From assembly GCA_964106915.2 (NCBI GenBank), contig OZ066915.1: DNA of 64,000 bases; one strand, 5' to 3'. This DNA comes from Podarcis gaigeae. Its lineage: Eukaryota. This document shows, in pieces, positions 11,892 to 23,965 of this stretch. The notes under the pieces were generated by a model, which was not told where the DNA came from, searched no databases, and worked only from the letters and a program-made list of their open reading frames with translations. Position 1 is the first letter of the stretch; each line of letters starts with the position of its first letter. Both the position numbers and the translations under genes were made by a program.

Positions 11892-13371
11892 GAAGCAATC
11901 CACAGGAAGGATGCAGCCAAGGTGGAGAGTGGGGAAGGAGTGGGGTCAAACCCCATATCCATTGTGGGAGGGAGAGGGAAGACAATATATATTTACAAAG
12001 CATCTCCTCACTGAAAAGCACCGAGGAATTCTCTTCATGTCCCTTGCATGGACTACTGTGGTTTATTCTTAATTTCCTTCATCTCCCCTAGAAATTATGG
12101 AGGCCTTTTCTTCTAACAATTCTAGTCTGACCGTCCCAGAATCCATTTATTATGCACAACAGAAGCAAACGTCTTTTGACAAAAAAGAATCGAATGCTCT
12201 TTACACATCCCAGATGACTACAGCCTGCTCAGTAGTAGAGACAGTAACTTGTAGCAGACAGTACCATCCCCCTTTAGAAAACTGCTGTGGAATACAAGAT
12301 TGTGTAATGGCTTTGACTTTCAGAGAATAAACATTTGCTATATAAGCAAGCCTGTTTTTATTTCTGGAGAAGAAAGAGTGCCCTTGCTGGACCAAAGAGG
12401 GGGGCATTTCTTACTTTTTAAGTGCTTTAGTCAGCTACTGCTTCTAATATTAATTTGGAAAGTAGGTTCCCGAGCCCATACTTTTCAACTTACTTCTAGG
12501 CTTCTTGGAACAAGTCATAGCATGGCTAAAAACTGAAGCAAGGCTCCCTTTACAGAGGTCACAAGCCCTGCTCCAGATGACCACCTCGCCCTTTGGGATA
12601 TGTGCAGTCAGCCACGTAAGTGTCAGAAACTGTAAGAGTCAGTCTTCTGCTTGAATCAGCTTAACAAAACTGCTTGGTATTACTAGACACACTGCCTGCC
12701 CCTTAAAAGCACCTTGTTCTGGGTTTGCTTTTAATGAGGAACCTTTTCCCCAGGTTGAATTCTTCGTATCTACAATAAAATTCTAATAGCTCGGGCATCC
12801 TGTGCTTTTGGATCACTGTGACAGAAAACAAAAATCGGTGCCAGAAAATTATCCTTGGGTTAGACTTGAGAAGGGCAAATTATTTATTTTGCTGTCATCA
12901 CAGCAGAGGGGAGTTTGATCCCAGAAAGGGTTAAAAAGGATGCTATTCTAGACACAGTGCTGATGTTGTGTTATGTTTTTTAAATGCACAATTAACCTAT
13001 GGCTGGCCAATTCAGATAACTGGATTAGATAGACAAGAACACTGCTGTGGTTAGTGTACCTTTTTATATAACTTAATATAGCCATTAAAAGTTAACTTTG
13101 TTTCTCCCCACCCACCCCTGCCCCAAAAGCTGCTGTAAATAATCAAATTCAGGAATGCATTAGATTATTCATGCACCTAGTGTAATTACAACAAGCCAGC
13201 TCCGCTCCGCTCCGCTCTGCGCTTAAATGAACCATCTCCCTGCCTTTTTTCTCCTTGAGAAGGGCAGATGTGCTTGGGAGAACGAAGCATTTAGCTATTT
13301 TGGTAGTACTTTAATCCATGTAATGATAATAATTGTAACCTGGGGGTAGATTTCCTCTCGGGTTACATTTA

Positions 13372-13377
13372 AATAAA
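13372..13377 (+). terminator. Likely AMIGO3 polyadenylation signal
   Basis: AATAAA followed by a U/GU-rich tract (TTTTATTTT, TGTTGTTGTCTG). Other AATAAA candidates are at 12326 and 12774. Confidence 0.45.
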
Positions 13378-15679
13378 AACTCCCTTTTATTTTAAAATGT
13401 TGTTGTCTGCATCTGAAATTGTCTTTGCCCTGCAACGGTGTGAGACAGTGCAGGCTTCTTCTCCGTTGCCTGTGGCCAGGTAAAGCTCCATATACAAAGT
13501 TCTAGTTCTTTTAACACAAAAGGAGCTCAAATACCAGTCTAAACCCAGCTACTCTAAATATTACAGATGTCTCTGATATTAAAACCAAATTACAACACAG
13601 TTTAATTTTGGCACAGTAAATGAGGCTGGAAGGTGCAAAGAAAGAAATGCAACACACAATTCTAAGTCTGTGGGCAAGAACTTGACACATTATACCCAAA
13701 CAAATATTTACATGTATGTGTATGTGGGGGGGGGGGTCAAGACTGAGGAAGGAAGAAAACATATGAAATTCCATTAAAACTAATTTCTGCAAGGCTTGGT
13801 GCAAAAAAACCCACAAGGATCCCCCCCCCCCAAATGGGCCATCTCTTTGGAGCAAAAGAAGATAGAATAGAGTGGTTTCTCCCTTCTAATACTTTGGCTT
13901 GCTTACTTTGCACACATTCAGACACTGTTTTACCTTGCAAAGATACTCTTCCAGGAGCCATAATATCAAACTACATTTGGCTTTAATCCCTTCTCCCGAT
14001 GGCTAGTAGTTACTATACTACATTATTTCATTACAGGCTAGCTATACTGCAGCCCAAAGTACAGCTTGAAGACTGAACAGAAAACTGGGCTAGATAAGTT
14101 GGCACACACCAACATGAACATTACACAGCAAACTATGCACTGCCAGAGGTTCTCACAAACTTGTATTCTGGACAGCCACAAATGTTGTTGACGTGAGGCT
14201 AGAAAAATCCAGGGAAGATATTAATATCTTCCAAGATCATCTGGGTCGGGGTGTTTCTAAACCAGAAGCTAAGAAAAATAACCAAGATTGTTTATTCTAT
14301 TAACATTTCTTGCTTGCATCTTGCGAAGCATACATAGCCACTGACAATCCTGAATCAGGATTCCTGATATTCAAAACATAGAAAGATGTGGATCTTTAGT
14401 TTGGCCATATTTTTATGCTGTGGTTCTGCACGCCAGGGTCAAAGCAGAATATGGGGAAAGCAGCAGGAGATGTCAAGCCATGATTTCTAGAACTTGAGAT
14501 GCTCTATGCTGTTGAGATGCTCCTACTGTGCTGTCTGTGGACAGAGTCAACCTGAGCCTGGGAAGAGTAGCACACCAAGCAACTGTCAGAGACAGCAGCA
14601 TTTTGTATCACAGCCCTACTCCCCCCAGTTCTTTGCCAGGAAAAAGCTAGTAAGTCACTTGACACAAATCAAAACTGAATGAAGCAACATTTGCTTCTTT
14701 TCATATGTGCACATGCCAAACAATATTTAGCTCCTTAAAAAATCCATATTTAAAAACCAACTTGTAAATGGATAGGCATTGAGGTAGTTAAGATACAAAA
14801 ACAAGTAACAAGAGATCAAAGCAGCAGCATTTTTTAAAAACCTATTTATCCAATTTTGGAGGCTAAGAAATGTGTGGTTGGGAGTTTTTATTTGTTCTAA
14901 TCTGTTCATAAATCATAAAATTACTGCTACATAACCCAAACCTTGGGATGAAATGGGGTAGACTACCAAAAAACAACAACAATTTTTACAATTTATCTTT
15001 TATCCAGCAGGAAAGGATGTAGGAATGCATTTGCTGCTGCTGACTAACAAATCACAACAGACATACTGAGCTTCAGGGCAGAAATCTTAAAGTGCAACCT
15101 AGTTCAGTACTACTCACTCCCAGGTAAGTCTACATAGGATTGCAGCCTTAGCTACTGAGAAGCTAATCCCACAAGAAAAAAGGCAGAGGAGGAGTGGTGC
15201 TCATATTACTTACTCCCATGGCTGCTCTCATAGATATTCTCAAATTGAGAATAAAAAAGGCTACAGTTTTTGTCCACTGAAGTGCTCCTTAGCAAAGAAA
15301 GAAAGAGGGGGGAAGTCATCGTGATACATGCAATAAAATGGAAATTAGTTGTTCTGTCTGTCTGTCTATATCTAGCTAGCTAGCTATCATTACTTCTAGT
15401 CAAAGGAAATAAACTGTGCAGATACTACAATAAAGTGCATAAAATTCTTCAATAACTTTCATGTTATTCTACAGTATTCCTCACTGCTCTACAGTAGACC
15501 AGGGGATCAGTTAAATTTCAGAACCTCTTAATGAGTACAGTCATGAATTTCCAATTACCAGCACTTTACAAAAAAATCAGTCTGCTCTCTGGGACTGCCC
15601 CTTCTCCTAACTACAGACAGAATTCTCCTTCAATCACAACATCATCCTGCATTAAAATCTGCCTGTGAATTATGGCCAA

Positions 15680-15980
15680 TGTTCTCAGGCCCTGCTCACA
15701 TTCCATCAGCAAGAGAGATGATTGGTAGAGGCACAAGACTGTGTCTTTTCAGTAATGGAACCCCCATTGTTGAACTCATTCCTAAGGAAGTTAAACTTCT
15801 TTGATGTCTTTTGCACGAACCGTTAAGATTCTATTCTGTCAGACTTTTAGTGCATTTTAATTCATAGCAGCTGTAGATCTAGCTTCTAGCTTTTGAACGT
15901 CCACTGGTTGTGATGGGATTTGAATGGTTCAAAGCTGCCTTGAATTGGATTGGAAGGCACTATATAAAAATGTTTCAATA
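15680..15980 (+). mobile_element. Degenerate L2-type LINE 3' fragment
   Basis: Resembles an L2 ORF2 end (TTTTCAGTAATGGAACCCCCATTGTTGAACTCATTCC) followed by a T-rich 3'UTR. Boundaries approximate. Confidence 0.4.
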
Positions 15981-16144
15981 TACAGTATAAGTACACCTTT
16001 CTCCCAGGCCAGATTGTGCCTGACCCCAAAGACCTTCACCACAATGCAATATAATAACTGAAGACACAACTAAGCATAGAGAAGACATCCCATGGTGTTC
16101 CTGTATTATCCAACCACCTAATTTAGACAGAGAGCAACAAGTGA

Positions 16145-16671
16145 AGGGCCTCACTCAGCTCAGAGGTTGAACACATGTTGTGCATGCCAAAGGGCTCAAG
16201 TTCAACCCCTGGCATTTCCAGTGAGGGCCGGGAAAGACTCCTGCATGCCTTGATGGAGAGATGCATATCAGTCTGTGTAGACCAGGGGTCATGACCTTTT
16301 CTGAGCCCAAGGACCACATTCCGTCATGGACAACCTTATGGGTGCCTAATCCCATTGGTGGGTGTGCCAAAGGCAAAAGTGGGGTGAGCAACAGGCGGGA
16401 GCCCTACGAACACGTCTCTCCATCCAGGCATCCAAAAGGCACTACGGCAGTTCAGGAACAAGCAAAAGCACATGGGGAGGTGTGGAGCAGGGCTGATGTG
16501 ATGTGTGACCTGTGAAAGGGGTTTGTGCTGGGTAGAGTCTCAAAGCCTCATTAGAGAGGTCTGGAGGGTGAATATTTGGCCTCTGAATCGGAAGTTCCAT
16601 AGCCCTGGTGCACACAATACTGAGCTACATGGAATATTCTGAAGCGGCATAAGGCAGCTTCTTGCATTCCT
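16145..16671 (+). mobile_element. tRNA-derived squamate SINE interrupted by a hAT element
   Basis: Head AGCTCAGAGGTTGAACACATG...GTTCAACCCCTGGCATTTCCAG. The body resumes after 16607 with CAATACTGAGCTA...ATAAGGCAGCTTC. Confidence 0.65.
16283..16607. mobile_element. Non-autonomous hAT element nested in a SINE
   Basis: CAGGGG...CCCTG termini; 8-bp TSD GTGTAGAC / GTGCACAC (6 of 8 match). Confidence 0.65.
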
Positions 16672-17424
16672 ACAGAATGAAGAAGGTAGGACAAACTATC
16701 TTATGTCCATTAGGAAGAACCGGACATCTGCAAACAAGTCAAAACCCCTGTTTCTCCACAAAGTGGCCTTCGAGCCACATACCTACTGGGAAGTAGAAGA
16801 GCGGTTCCATTCTAAGTGACTGTGCCCACTCTACACCCATAAAAAAAGGATGAGAAAGCATGAAATACTATCCACATGCTCGCTTCTACACATTTCTTCA
16901 ATGGGAAAACAATCTCATAGCTAAGGAGATGGCCAATTACTCAGAGGCAAAGTTCAGAGATCATGCTAGAACCCAAATTGGCACCATGTGAATGAGCCTT
17001 AGTAAGGGCATGTAACCCCCTGCCCCAGCAAAGAGTGGTTTGGAGGCAAAAGTTTCTGTTTTTGTTAATGACTGGTTATTTATTGCTTTCCAGAGCAGTT
17101 TCCCTCATCATTAAAAGCAACCCAATGTTTCTGAAAGCACATGCTTCATTCCCATCTGAATTAATCTTTAATTTAAGACACCCAGCAATGAGGTTTGTTT
17201 TCAATCTAAAAAGGCAAATGAAAGCATAAGTGCATCTATGAGTGCATTCCGCCACCTGTGCATTGCCTAAAGACACCCAATCTCAATGCCTTTGATGCCT
17301 TCTGACCAGAAAAGGGTGTTGCTAAACCTTCCCAGCTTTGACCTGCTAAGAACATAAACATAAGGACATCCCTGCTGGATCAGGCTAGGCCTATCTAGTC
17401 CAACATCCTCTCCTTACTCTTGAT

Positions 17425-17512
17425 AGCAATCCCTAGCTAGCAGGACCAGTGGTCAGGGATGATGGGAAATGTAGTCCAAAAACAACTGGAGACCCAAGTT
17501 TGGGAAACCCTG
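17425..17512. mobile_element. Half copy of a palindromic hAT MITE
   Basis: Right arm only (CAGGGATGATGGGAAATGTAGTCC...GGGAAACCCTG); same subfamily as 23830-23965. Confidence 0.75.
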
Positions 17513-17520
17513 CTCTAGAT

Positions 17521-17656
17521 CAGTGTTTCCCAACCTTGTGCCTCCAGATGTTTTTGGCCTACAACTCCCATCATCCCTAGCTAGCAAGACCAGTGGTCAG
17601 GGATGATGGGAGTTGTAGGCCAAAAACATCTGGAGGCACAAGGTTGGGAAACACTG
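17521..17656. mobile_element. Young 136-bp hAT (Charlie-like) MITE
   Basis: Perfect 58-bp inverted repeats, a 20-nt spacer, CAG...CTG ends and a perfect 8-bp TSD CTCTAGAT (17513-17520, 17657-17664). Confidence 0.93.
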
Positions 17657-17789
17657 CTCTAGATAATCCATGAACAAGTTAAACTAGCACATCCCAAAAC
17701 TCTACTTTCTACTACCTTCCATTGTTAGAACTTTACACTTATTCCTACTCTCTGCTTCCTTTTTCTTAACCTCATCCACAAAAGAACCT

Positions 17790-18065
17790 CTCCTCTTATT
17801 CCATGACTTCTAAGATTACTCAGAAGTCTTTAGTGAGATACTTTGTCAAAAGTTTTTTGAAAGCCCAAATACATAATGTCAAATGGATCACTTCTATCTA
17901 AGTGCTTGTTGATACTCTCAAAAAACTCTAATAGGCAAATGAGAGAAAACTTACACTTGCAGAAACCACACCGGTTCTGCTTCAGCAAGACTTACTTCTG
18001 GTATATGCTTGATTACTCTGTCTAACAATGCTTTCCTTTTTTTCTGGAACAGATGTTAAGCTAAC
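17790..18065 (-). mobile_element. CR1 LINE ORF2 (reverse transcriptase) remnant
   Basis: Minus strand reads GFCKCKFSLICLLEFFESINKHLDRSDPFDIMYLGFQKTFDKV, matching the CR1 RT motif GF.KGKSCLTNLLEFF...DIVYLDFQKAFDKV. Confidence 0.8.
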
Positions 18066-18149
18066 CTCACATTTTAAGAGGAGAGCCCCAATGCTGCCTC
18101 ATTTGTTCCATGGAGAGCAGTAGCAGACATTTACAACAACGAGCACCTA

Positions 18150-18328
18150 GGTGGCACTCGTCATGATGTCCCGTTGTGCCAGAAGCAGTTTAGTCATGTT
18201 GGCCGCATGACCCGGAAAGCTGTCTGTGGACAAACATCAGCAATCTCGACCTGAAGCGAGATGAGTGCCAGTACCCCATAGTTGCCTTTCACTGGACTTA
18301 ACCGTCCAGGGGTCCTTTACCTTTTACC
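18150..18328 (+). mobile_element. 5'-truncated, older Sauria SINE
   Basis: Similar to the 3' half of the SINEs at 25148 and 40926; ends in GGGGTCCTTTACCTTTTACC. Confidence 0.7.
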
Positions 18329-18739
18329 ATCCCTAATAGTCCAAAATTAACTTACATATTCATTACGCACCATTCTTCTTAAGGTGTGTATAAAAGCGCC
18401 CCCATGTGGTAAAATCACATTTTTTTAGTCCTTGAAACCCCTGGTTTATACCCTTCTTTCACCACAGGAGGGCACCTTTGTCTTATCATTAACCACAGTG
18501 CCAAATGTGTGAACTCACTCTGTGACAATACAAAATTAAGCATATACCATCACCTGCTCTGAGCCCTTCGGATAAAACAGCACAGTACACAAATGTCTGC
18601 CACCAAGCTCTCCACAGTTTAGTTTAAATTTTCCCTTTAAGCTGCTGTTCTTACAGTGGCCAAAATTATGCCGGGGGGAGCCTGCAAGGAGCAGAAGAAA
18701 GCAATATAAGGGCATCCAAAGAAAACCACATAACATGGA

Positions 18740-18944
18740 TACAGATAGGTAGCCATGTTGGTCTGCCATAGTCAAAACAAAAAAATTCCTTCCAGTAGCA
18801 CCTTAAAGACCAACTAAGTCAGTTCTTGGTATGAGCTTTCGTGTGCATGCGTATCTGAAGAAGTGTGCATGCACACGAAAGCTCATACCAAGAACTGACT
18901 TAGTTGGTCTTTAAGGTGCTACTGGAAGGAATTTTTTTGTTTTG
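18740..18944. mobile_element. Penelope-like element fragment (inverted pseudo-LTRs)
   Basis: Perfect 78-bp inverted arms (18773-18850, 18867-18944), a ~33-nt tail on one arm, a 13-bp TSD CACATAACATGGA and an internal hammerhead motif. Confidence 0.85.
18851..18888 (+). ncRNA. Minimal type I hammerhead ribozyme motif (Penelope-associated)
   Basis: GTAT-CTGAAGA-A-GTGTG(CATG)CACAC-GAAA-GC-TC^-ATAC: stem I, CUGANGA core, stem II, GAAA, palindromic AGCT replacing stem III, and a UC cleavage site at 18884. Confidence 0.75.
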
Positions 18945-19555
18945 CACATAACATGGAGTGAAATAGCCAAGCTTGGCAGATTGAAAGAAACCTTTTGCAT
19001 CAATAAAATCAGCTGTTTTGCTACAACCACCTAGGTAGCCTCGTTAACAGCAGCTGCACTTAAAGAGAAAATTTTTCAGAGTTCAAGAGGCTTAAATAGA
19101 CAGAAATCCATCATTAAAAATTGGGGTTGCCTTAGTAAAAATCCAGCTTCTCTGACAAAAAGGACTTTGAAAGCTTAATGAATGTCCCTTGGGAATGGAC
19201 TCCGCCGTCTCTTAGCAAACACAACAGCAATCGAGAACTCACACTGCTGCCAAGTTTGGTGTTTCTAAACTGCCTATACATCAAGCTAATGGGTCAGCAT
19301 AAAACACTTACGTTTTACCAAGAGAAAGCAAGAAGTTGTTGAGTCATTCTGCCCCGGCCCCCAGCTCTACTCAGCACAAAAGTGGTTGTTTTGTAGAGAG
19401 ATTATTCCTAAAGAATGAGAGCTGATGGTTCCATTTTCTACTAATGCTCCATATTTAGTAAGCCACAACAGAAGAGGAAATAACTCTACTTTAGCCAAGG
19501 ACATGAATCAGACTATGGAAATTGGACAGTGACATCATGGACCAGAAACAACCAA

Positions 19556-19580
19556 ATAATAGTAGTAGTAGTAGTAGTAA

Positions 19581-19615
<35 letters not shown>
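19556..19615. repeat. Compound (TAG)n(TAA)n microsatellite
   Basis: Seen directly. Confidence 0.95.
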
Positions 19616-19617
<2 letters not shown>

Positions 19618-20155
19618 GTTACAACAATTAAAACACAATATTAAACAACTAGTTGCTCTAGCAGGTACTAGCACAATGAGTCCTGCTAGAGCAATGGGGA
19701 CTGCCCCACTCTCCTCCACCCATGGGTTGGTAGGGCAGTTGGGAGACACCCAGAACAGGGCACAGAAGGAGAAGAGGGGGAGATCCGTTGCACCAGGGAA
19801 GCTGAAATGCTTGCACTAATGGAGCAATCGCTTCAGCACTACTTTGAATACCACCCTATGCCTTTGACCAAGAGTCACTCTTGCAATTCCTGCATTTCTG
19901 TCAAACTAATGAGGGGAAAGACAAAACCTGGCAGCTGAACGGCAGCACGGCAGCACAATCTGCACTCCAGTCAGATAGCCTGTCTCTCTCATGCCCAGGA
20001 TGTACAGTTAGAAAAGGCAAGTTCTGAACCAGCTCTTCTGTTAATACCTTATAAGCAAAAGACGTCTGGCTGCACCAAACCCCATTTATAATCAGTGGCT
20101 GGTATGTCAATTTAGCAGTACAGGGCAATTTACACTGCAGCTCCTCATACAGACC

Positions 20156-20407
20156 CAGTAGCGGACAGTGGGGTAGCAGCACTTCCCTGACCTCCATTTG
20201 GTTGTGTCACGACTGCTTACTAGGAGATGGAGGGGTGAGGTGACAGTGAGGTAGGCATGGTGCAAATGCACCAGGCAGGAGCACCAGATAACTCTTGAGT
20301 TTGAACCATGCCAACCTTGCCACTACCTTCTCCTTCCCCTCTACCTCTTAGTAAGGAACAGTGACACAAACAAGGTTAGGTAAGCACTACCACGTCGTCC
20401 GCTACTG
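20156..20407. mobile_element. 252-bp palindromic hAT-type MITE of a second family
   Basis: Ends CAGTAGCGGAC / GTCCGCTACTG, ~110-bp imperfect arms, TSD TACAGACC / CATAGACC (6 of 8 match). Confidence 0.7.
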
Positions 20408-21179
20408 CATAGACCCCTGTCAGTGATACTCTATTGATTAGCAATCACATGCGGTACCAGAGTTAAGTGATGGCTGACCCACATTAACAGCACTTAGTCG
20501 CCAACACAGACAATCCATATAACAGATCAGTCCTGCTCTACCAGGTTGTTCTTTGACTGAATTGTACATCTGATATGTCTACAAAGGGAGTTATTAATTT
20601 CACCAGGTGTGAGGCAAAGGAGAACTACCAAATGCCAGATTAATGCAATGAGATTGTAATTAATTAGTGTTCTGAACACTTTGAATCTTCAAAGGTTTTT
20701 GCAAACATTTGTTAATCCCCAGCACCAGGAGAGAAACAAAGCTTCTGTGATCACAGGATCACCCCAGGACAAAAAGGGCATCCTCGTCCTTATCAGGAGG
20801 AACAGCCCATGCACAGAGAATATATGCTACAATGCTGGAAGCAGACTAGCTTTAAAAGCCTAATTATAAGAGTAGAAAGAGGCTGAAGGTCGCCAACTAC
20901 CAACATTTACATTGATATATTCTGCTTTTCCTGATTTCCCCTGAAACTGGAATTTCCCATTTCTCAAAGTTCTATAAGCTTCACCCCCCAATCCAGCATG
21001 TTGAGCAAGTTAAAACAAGCTCTTCATTTGACATTTATGTACTAAATGAAACCCTGCCCCATCCTGCTCCCTGAGTAGACCTCACTATCCAGTAACTCTA
21101 GAGCACCTCAGTCCCTTTTAGAACCAATTAACCCTGAGCACTCGGTTAAAGATCTACTGTCAAGGCTGTAGAGATGCAG

Positions 21180-21410
21180 AACTGGTGTCTGCACCTAGTA
21201 ATGGCTTGGATGGGGGCCAATAAACTGAAGCCAAATCTTGACCAGATGACAGAACTATTTCTATACCTTCATCTGAATATCACAGGGAGGTTTACAATAT
21301 AAAAACACAAACATACATACCACAAAACCATTACAACAAACAAAAACAATAACCCCACATAGTTTAAAAGGCCATAAATTGCTTAATTAGCCAAAGGCCC
21401 AGGAAAACGT
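21180..21410. mobile_element. L2-type LINE fragments
   Basis: The + strand reads WMGANKLKPNLDQMTE (L2 RT-like WM.ANKLKLNPDKTE). It is followed by a minus-strand L2-like 3' tail. Confidence 0.5.
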
Positions 21411-21907
21411 ACTCTTTGTCAATAAATGTTAATATATACTGAAGATATGCAGTGGATGGAATTTCTGGACTCCTCAAGCTAGTGACGGAGCAGAGAACGT
21501 CTAAGCATTGATTCAGAACACCATATTGATATTTTTTATGAATAGCAGAAAGCAAATATTTTTATAAATAATATAGTCAGATATTATAAGGGCTAAATGG
21601 TCTCCTATGCACAAACTTAGGAAGAAAAAACCAAACTGATTACCAGTTTAGAACTAATCACACTGTGCACAAATGTGAGCTTTGCAGTTGAGCCATTTTC
21701 CTCCATATTTTTAGCCATAGGCTAAAGTGTCTGATGTTCTCTGAAAGTTACAGCTTATGAATACATATTTATTCAGAGAACATTTCAGATGTTTTCAGAG
21801 TAATAACTATGAATGGCACACAAAGTCAAAACATGAAGATTATTTTCCTCTGTTCTTCAAAATATGAGAGCTCATCATAGGTGCTTCATTTGGCAGAATT
21901 ACGATTA

Positions 21908-22283
21908 GCTGGGAATGTTTAGTCTGGGGAAAAAGGACACTGAGAGGAGATCTGAGAACCATCTTCAAATATCTGAGGGGCTGTCACAGGGAAGATGGAG
22001 CAAGCTTATTTTCTCCTGCTCTGAAAGGTAGGACTCAAACCAATGGCTTCAAGTTACATGAAAGGAGATTCCGACTAAACATCAGGAAGAACTTTCTGAC
22101 AGTAAGAGCTGTTCAACATTGGAACGGTCTCCCTCGAAGGTTGTGGACTCTCCTTCCTTGGAGGCTTTTAAGCAGTGATTGGATGGCCATCTGTCATGGA
22201 TGCTTTAGCTGAGATTCCTGCATTGCAGGGGGTTGGACTAGACGACCCTTCAGCTCCCTTCCAACTCTACAATTCTATGATTC
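21908..22283 (+). mobile_element. CR1 LINE 3' end
   Basis: ORF2 C-terminus (LRGDLRTIFKYLRG, FRLNIRKNFLTVRAVQHWNGLP) and the CR1 terminal CCCTTCCAACTCTACAATTCTATGATTC. Confidence 0.9.
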
Positions 22284-23829
22284 CTTGCCCTTCTAACTGC
22301 AGAAAGCAGCTCACACCCTACCTCCTTTCCATAACAAAGCTCTTCTCCTCATATAATTTACAATTCCCACCCACTGCTGAACATTCCTAATTAAATTGGG
22401 AAAGCCTAATGATTATTGTCATCTGTCCAACAGCAACACTTTCCCCCAACTTTAGATATATGAACTGAAATGGGAGCCATGTGATGCCCATCTCAAGATG
22501 CATTACATTGCTCCTGCAGCTTTGTAATCACACTGGGGTATGTGCTGACAACAGCACGGGCCAGTTAAGACAAGAACTCAATAGCTGGTGACTGATCACA
22601 GCCATGGCAACCAGCAAATCGCTAGGATGCACACTCACATGCCTGCCTAAGACTATCATGCTGACATATTAGCTGTGTGTGTTTTTTCCAAGAGGACAAT
22701 CTGCCAGTGGGACAGAACATCTGTCAAGTGCAACTCAAGATGCAGAGAATGAGGCATGTGGAGGGTGCCAGTTTCCATAGCCCTTATCCAAGGCGCAACT
22801 GAGGACCCATGGGACTCTCTTCAATGTTAGCACAAGCAGATCAAAAGAAACTGATTCTCCAAGCAAAGGCTATGCTTTGTATTGTGGTCTATTGCCCAAT
22901 GGGGGTGGAGGTGGAATCAAAACTCCTATTAGGCATGCCTAAAGCAGCTCTTTGAATTGCCAGGTCATTATGTATTTCTAACCAGAGTTCTATAAGTCCA
23001 CTCACGAGAGGACATGCTCCCTCGCCCTATACTACATGCCCAGAACAAAGATCCTATTCCTGCTGGGTTTTTGCAGGAGGTAGCAGTAGTGAGGTGCTAC
23101 TGGTGCTTCCTGCAAAAGCCCAGCATGAGAGAAGCAGCGCCCTTCCTTCTTCCAAGGACAACTCAAGGGAAGAAAGTTGGAGCAGCTTCTCTCCCTTCTT
23201 GCTAGGCTTCTGAAGGAGGGTGGCAAGTGAGGAGAACCACCCTGAAGGGAATGATCAGTGGCAACCATAAGTTATGGTTGTGTAATTAGCCACACCAAGA
23301 CTCGGGGATCCCCTTTGCAAACCCCTACATGGGAGATCCCCACTTCTCAATTCTGTATGCCTGCTTTAGACATTATTAAGGCCTTTCAGTATAGTTGTCA
23401 TGGTCTGGAAATCATAGGAATTTATAGTAATATAACTGAGCTCATTGAAAGGGATAGCATGTAATTGTCACCAGCCCAGTTTTCCAGCCAGCCCCAGTTA
23501 AACAAACATTCTGATAAGTTTAAATGCCTCCCAAGCCACAAAGAGTTTGGTGAGCCACTGATTGCTCACACCCCTGGCCCAAGGTCTCTCCCAGTATGCC
23601 TTCTTGTTCTCCATATACCAATCTTGAAAAAGTGATGTCTAGAAGTGGTTAACACACTTGTATAGAAACAAGATCATCCGGAATACCACATCTCATTCTG
23701 GCACACATACCTCCAGAATAGATTCCAAAATAATTATCAAATAAACAGCAATTATCAGACTTCACTGGAAGAAAATCAGTACCATGACAGTTAAACTGGC
23801 TTAAAGCAGTTTCACTTTGTAGTGTAGAT

Positions 23830-23965
23830 CAGGGTTTCCCAAACTTGGGTCTCCAGCTGTTTTTGGACTACAATTCCTATCATCCCCAACCACTGGTTCT
23901 GCTAGCTAGGGATGATGTGAGTTGTAGTCCAAAAACAGCTGGAGACCAAAGTTTGGTAAACCCTG
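23830..23965. mobile_element. 136-bp hAT MITE
   Basis: Long inverted arms CAGGGTTTCCCAAACTT...AAGTTTGGTAAACCCTG; TSD GTGTAGAT / GTGTAGAA. Confidence 0.88.

Noticed and set aside
17425-18944. Clustered palindromes as a CRISPR-like array or pre-miRNAs
   Set aside because: No repeat-spacer periodicity in this eukaryotic DNA; TSDs and dispersed copies identify them as transposons.
22380-22760. Repeat-free stretch with a CCATGGCAAC RFX-like half site as an enhancer
   Set aside because: A single short motif without alignment or chromatin data is not sufficient support.
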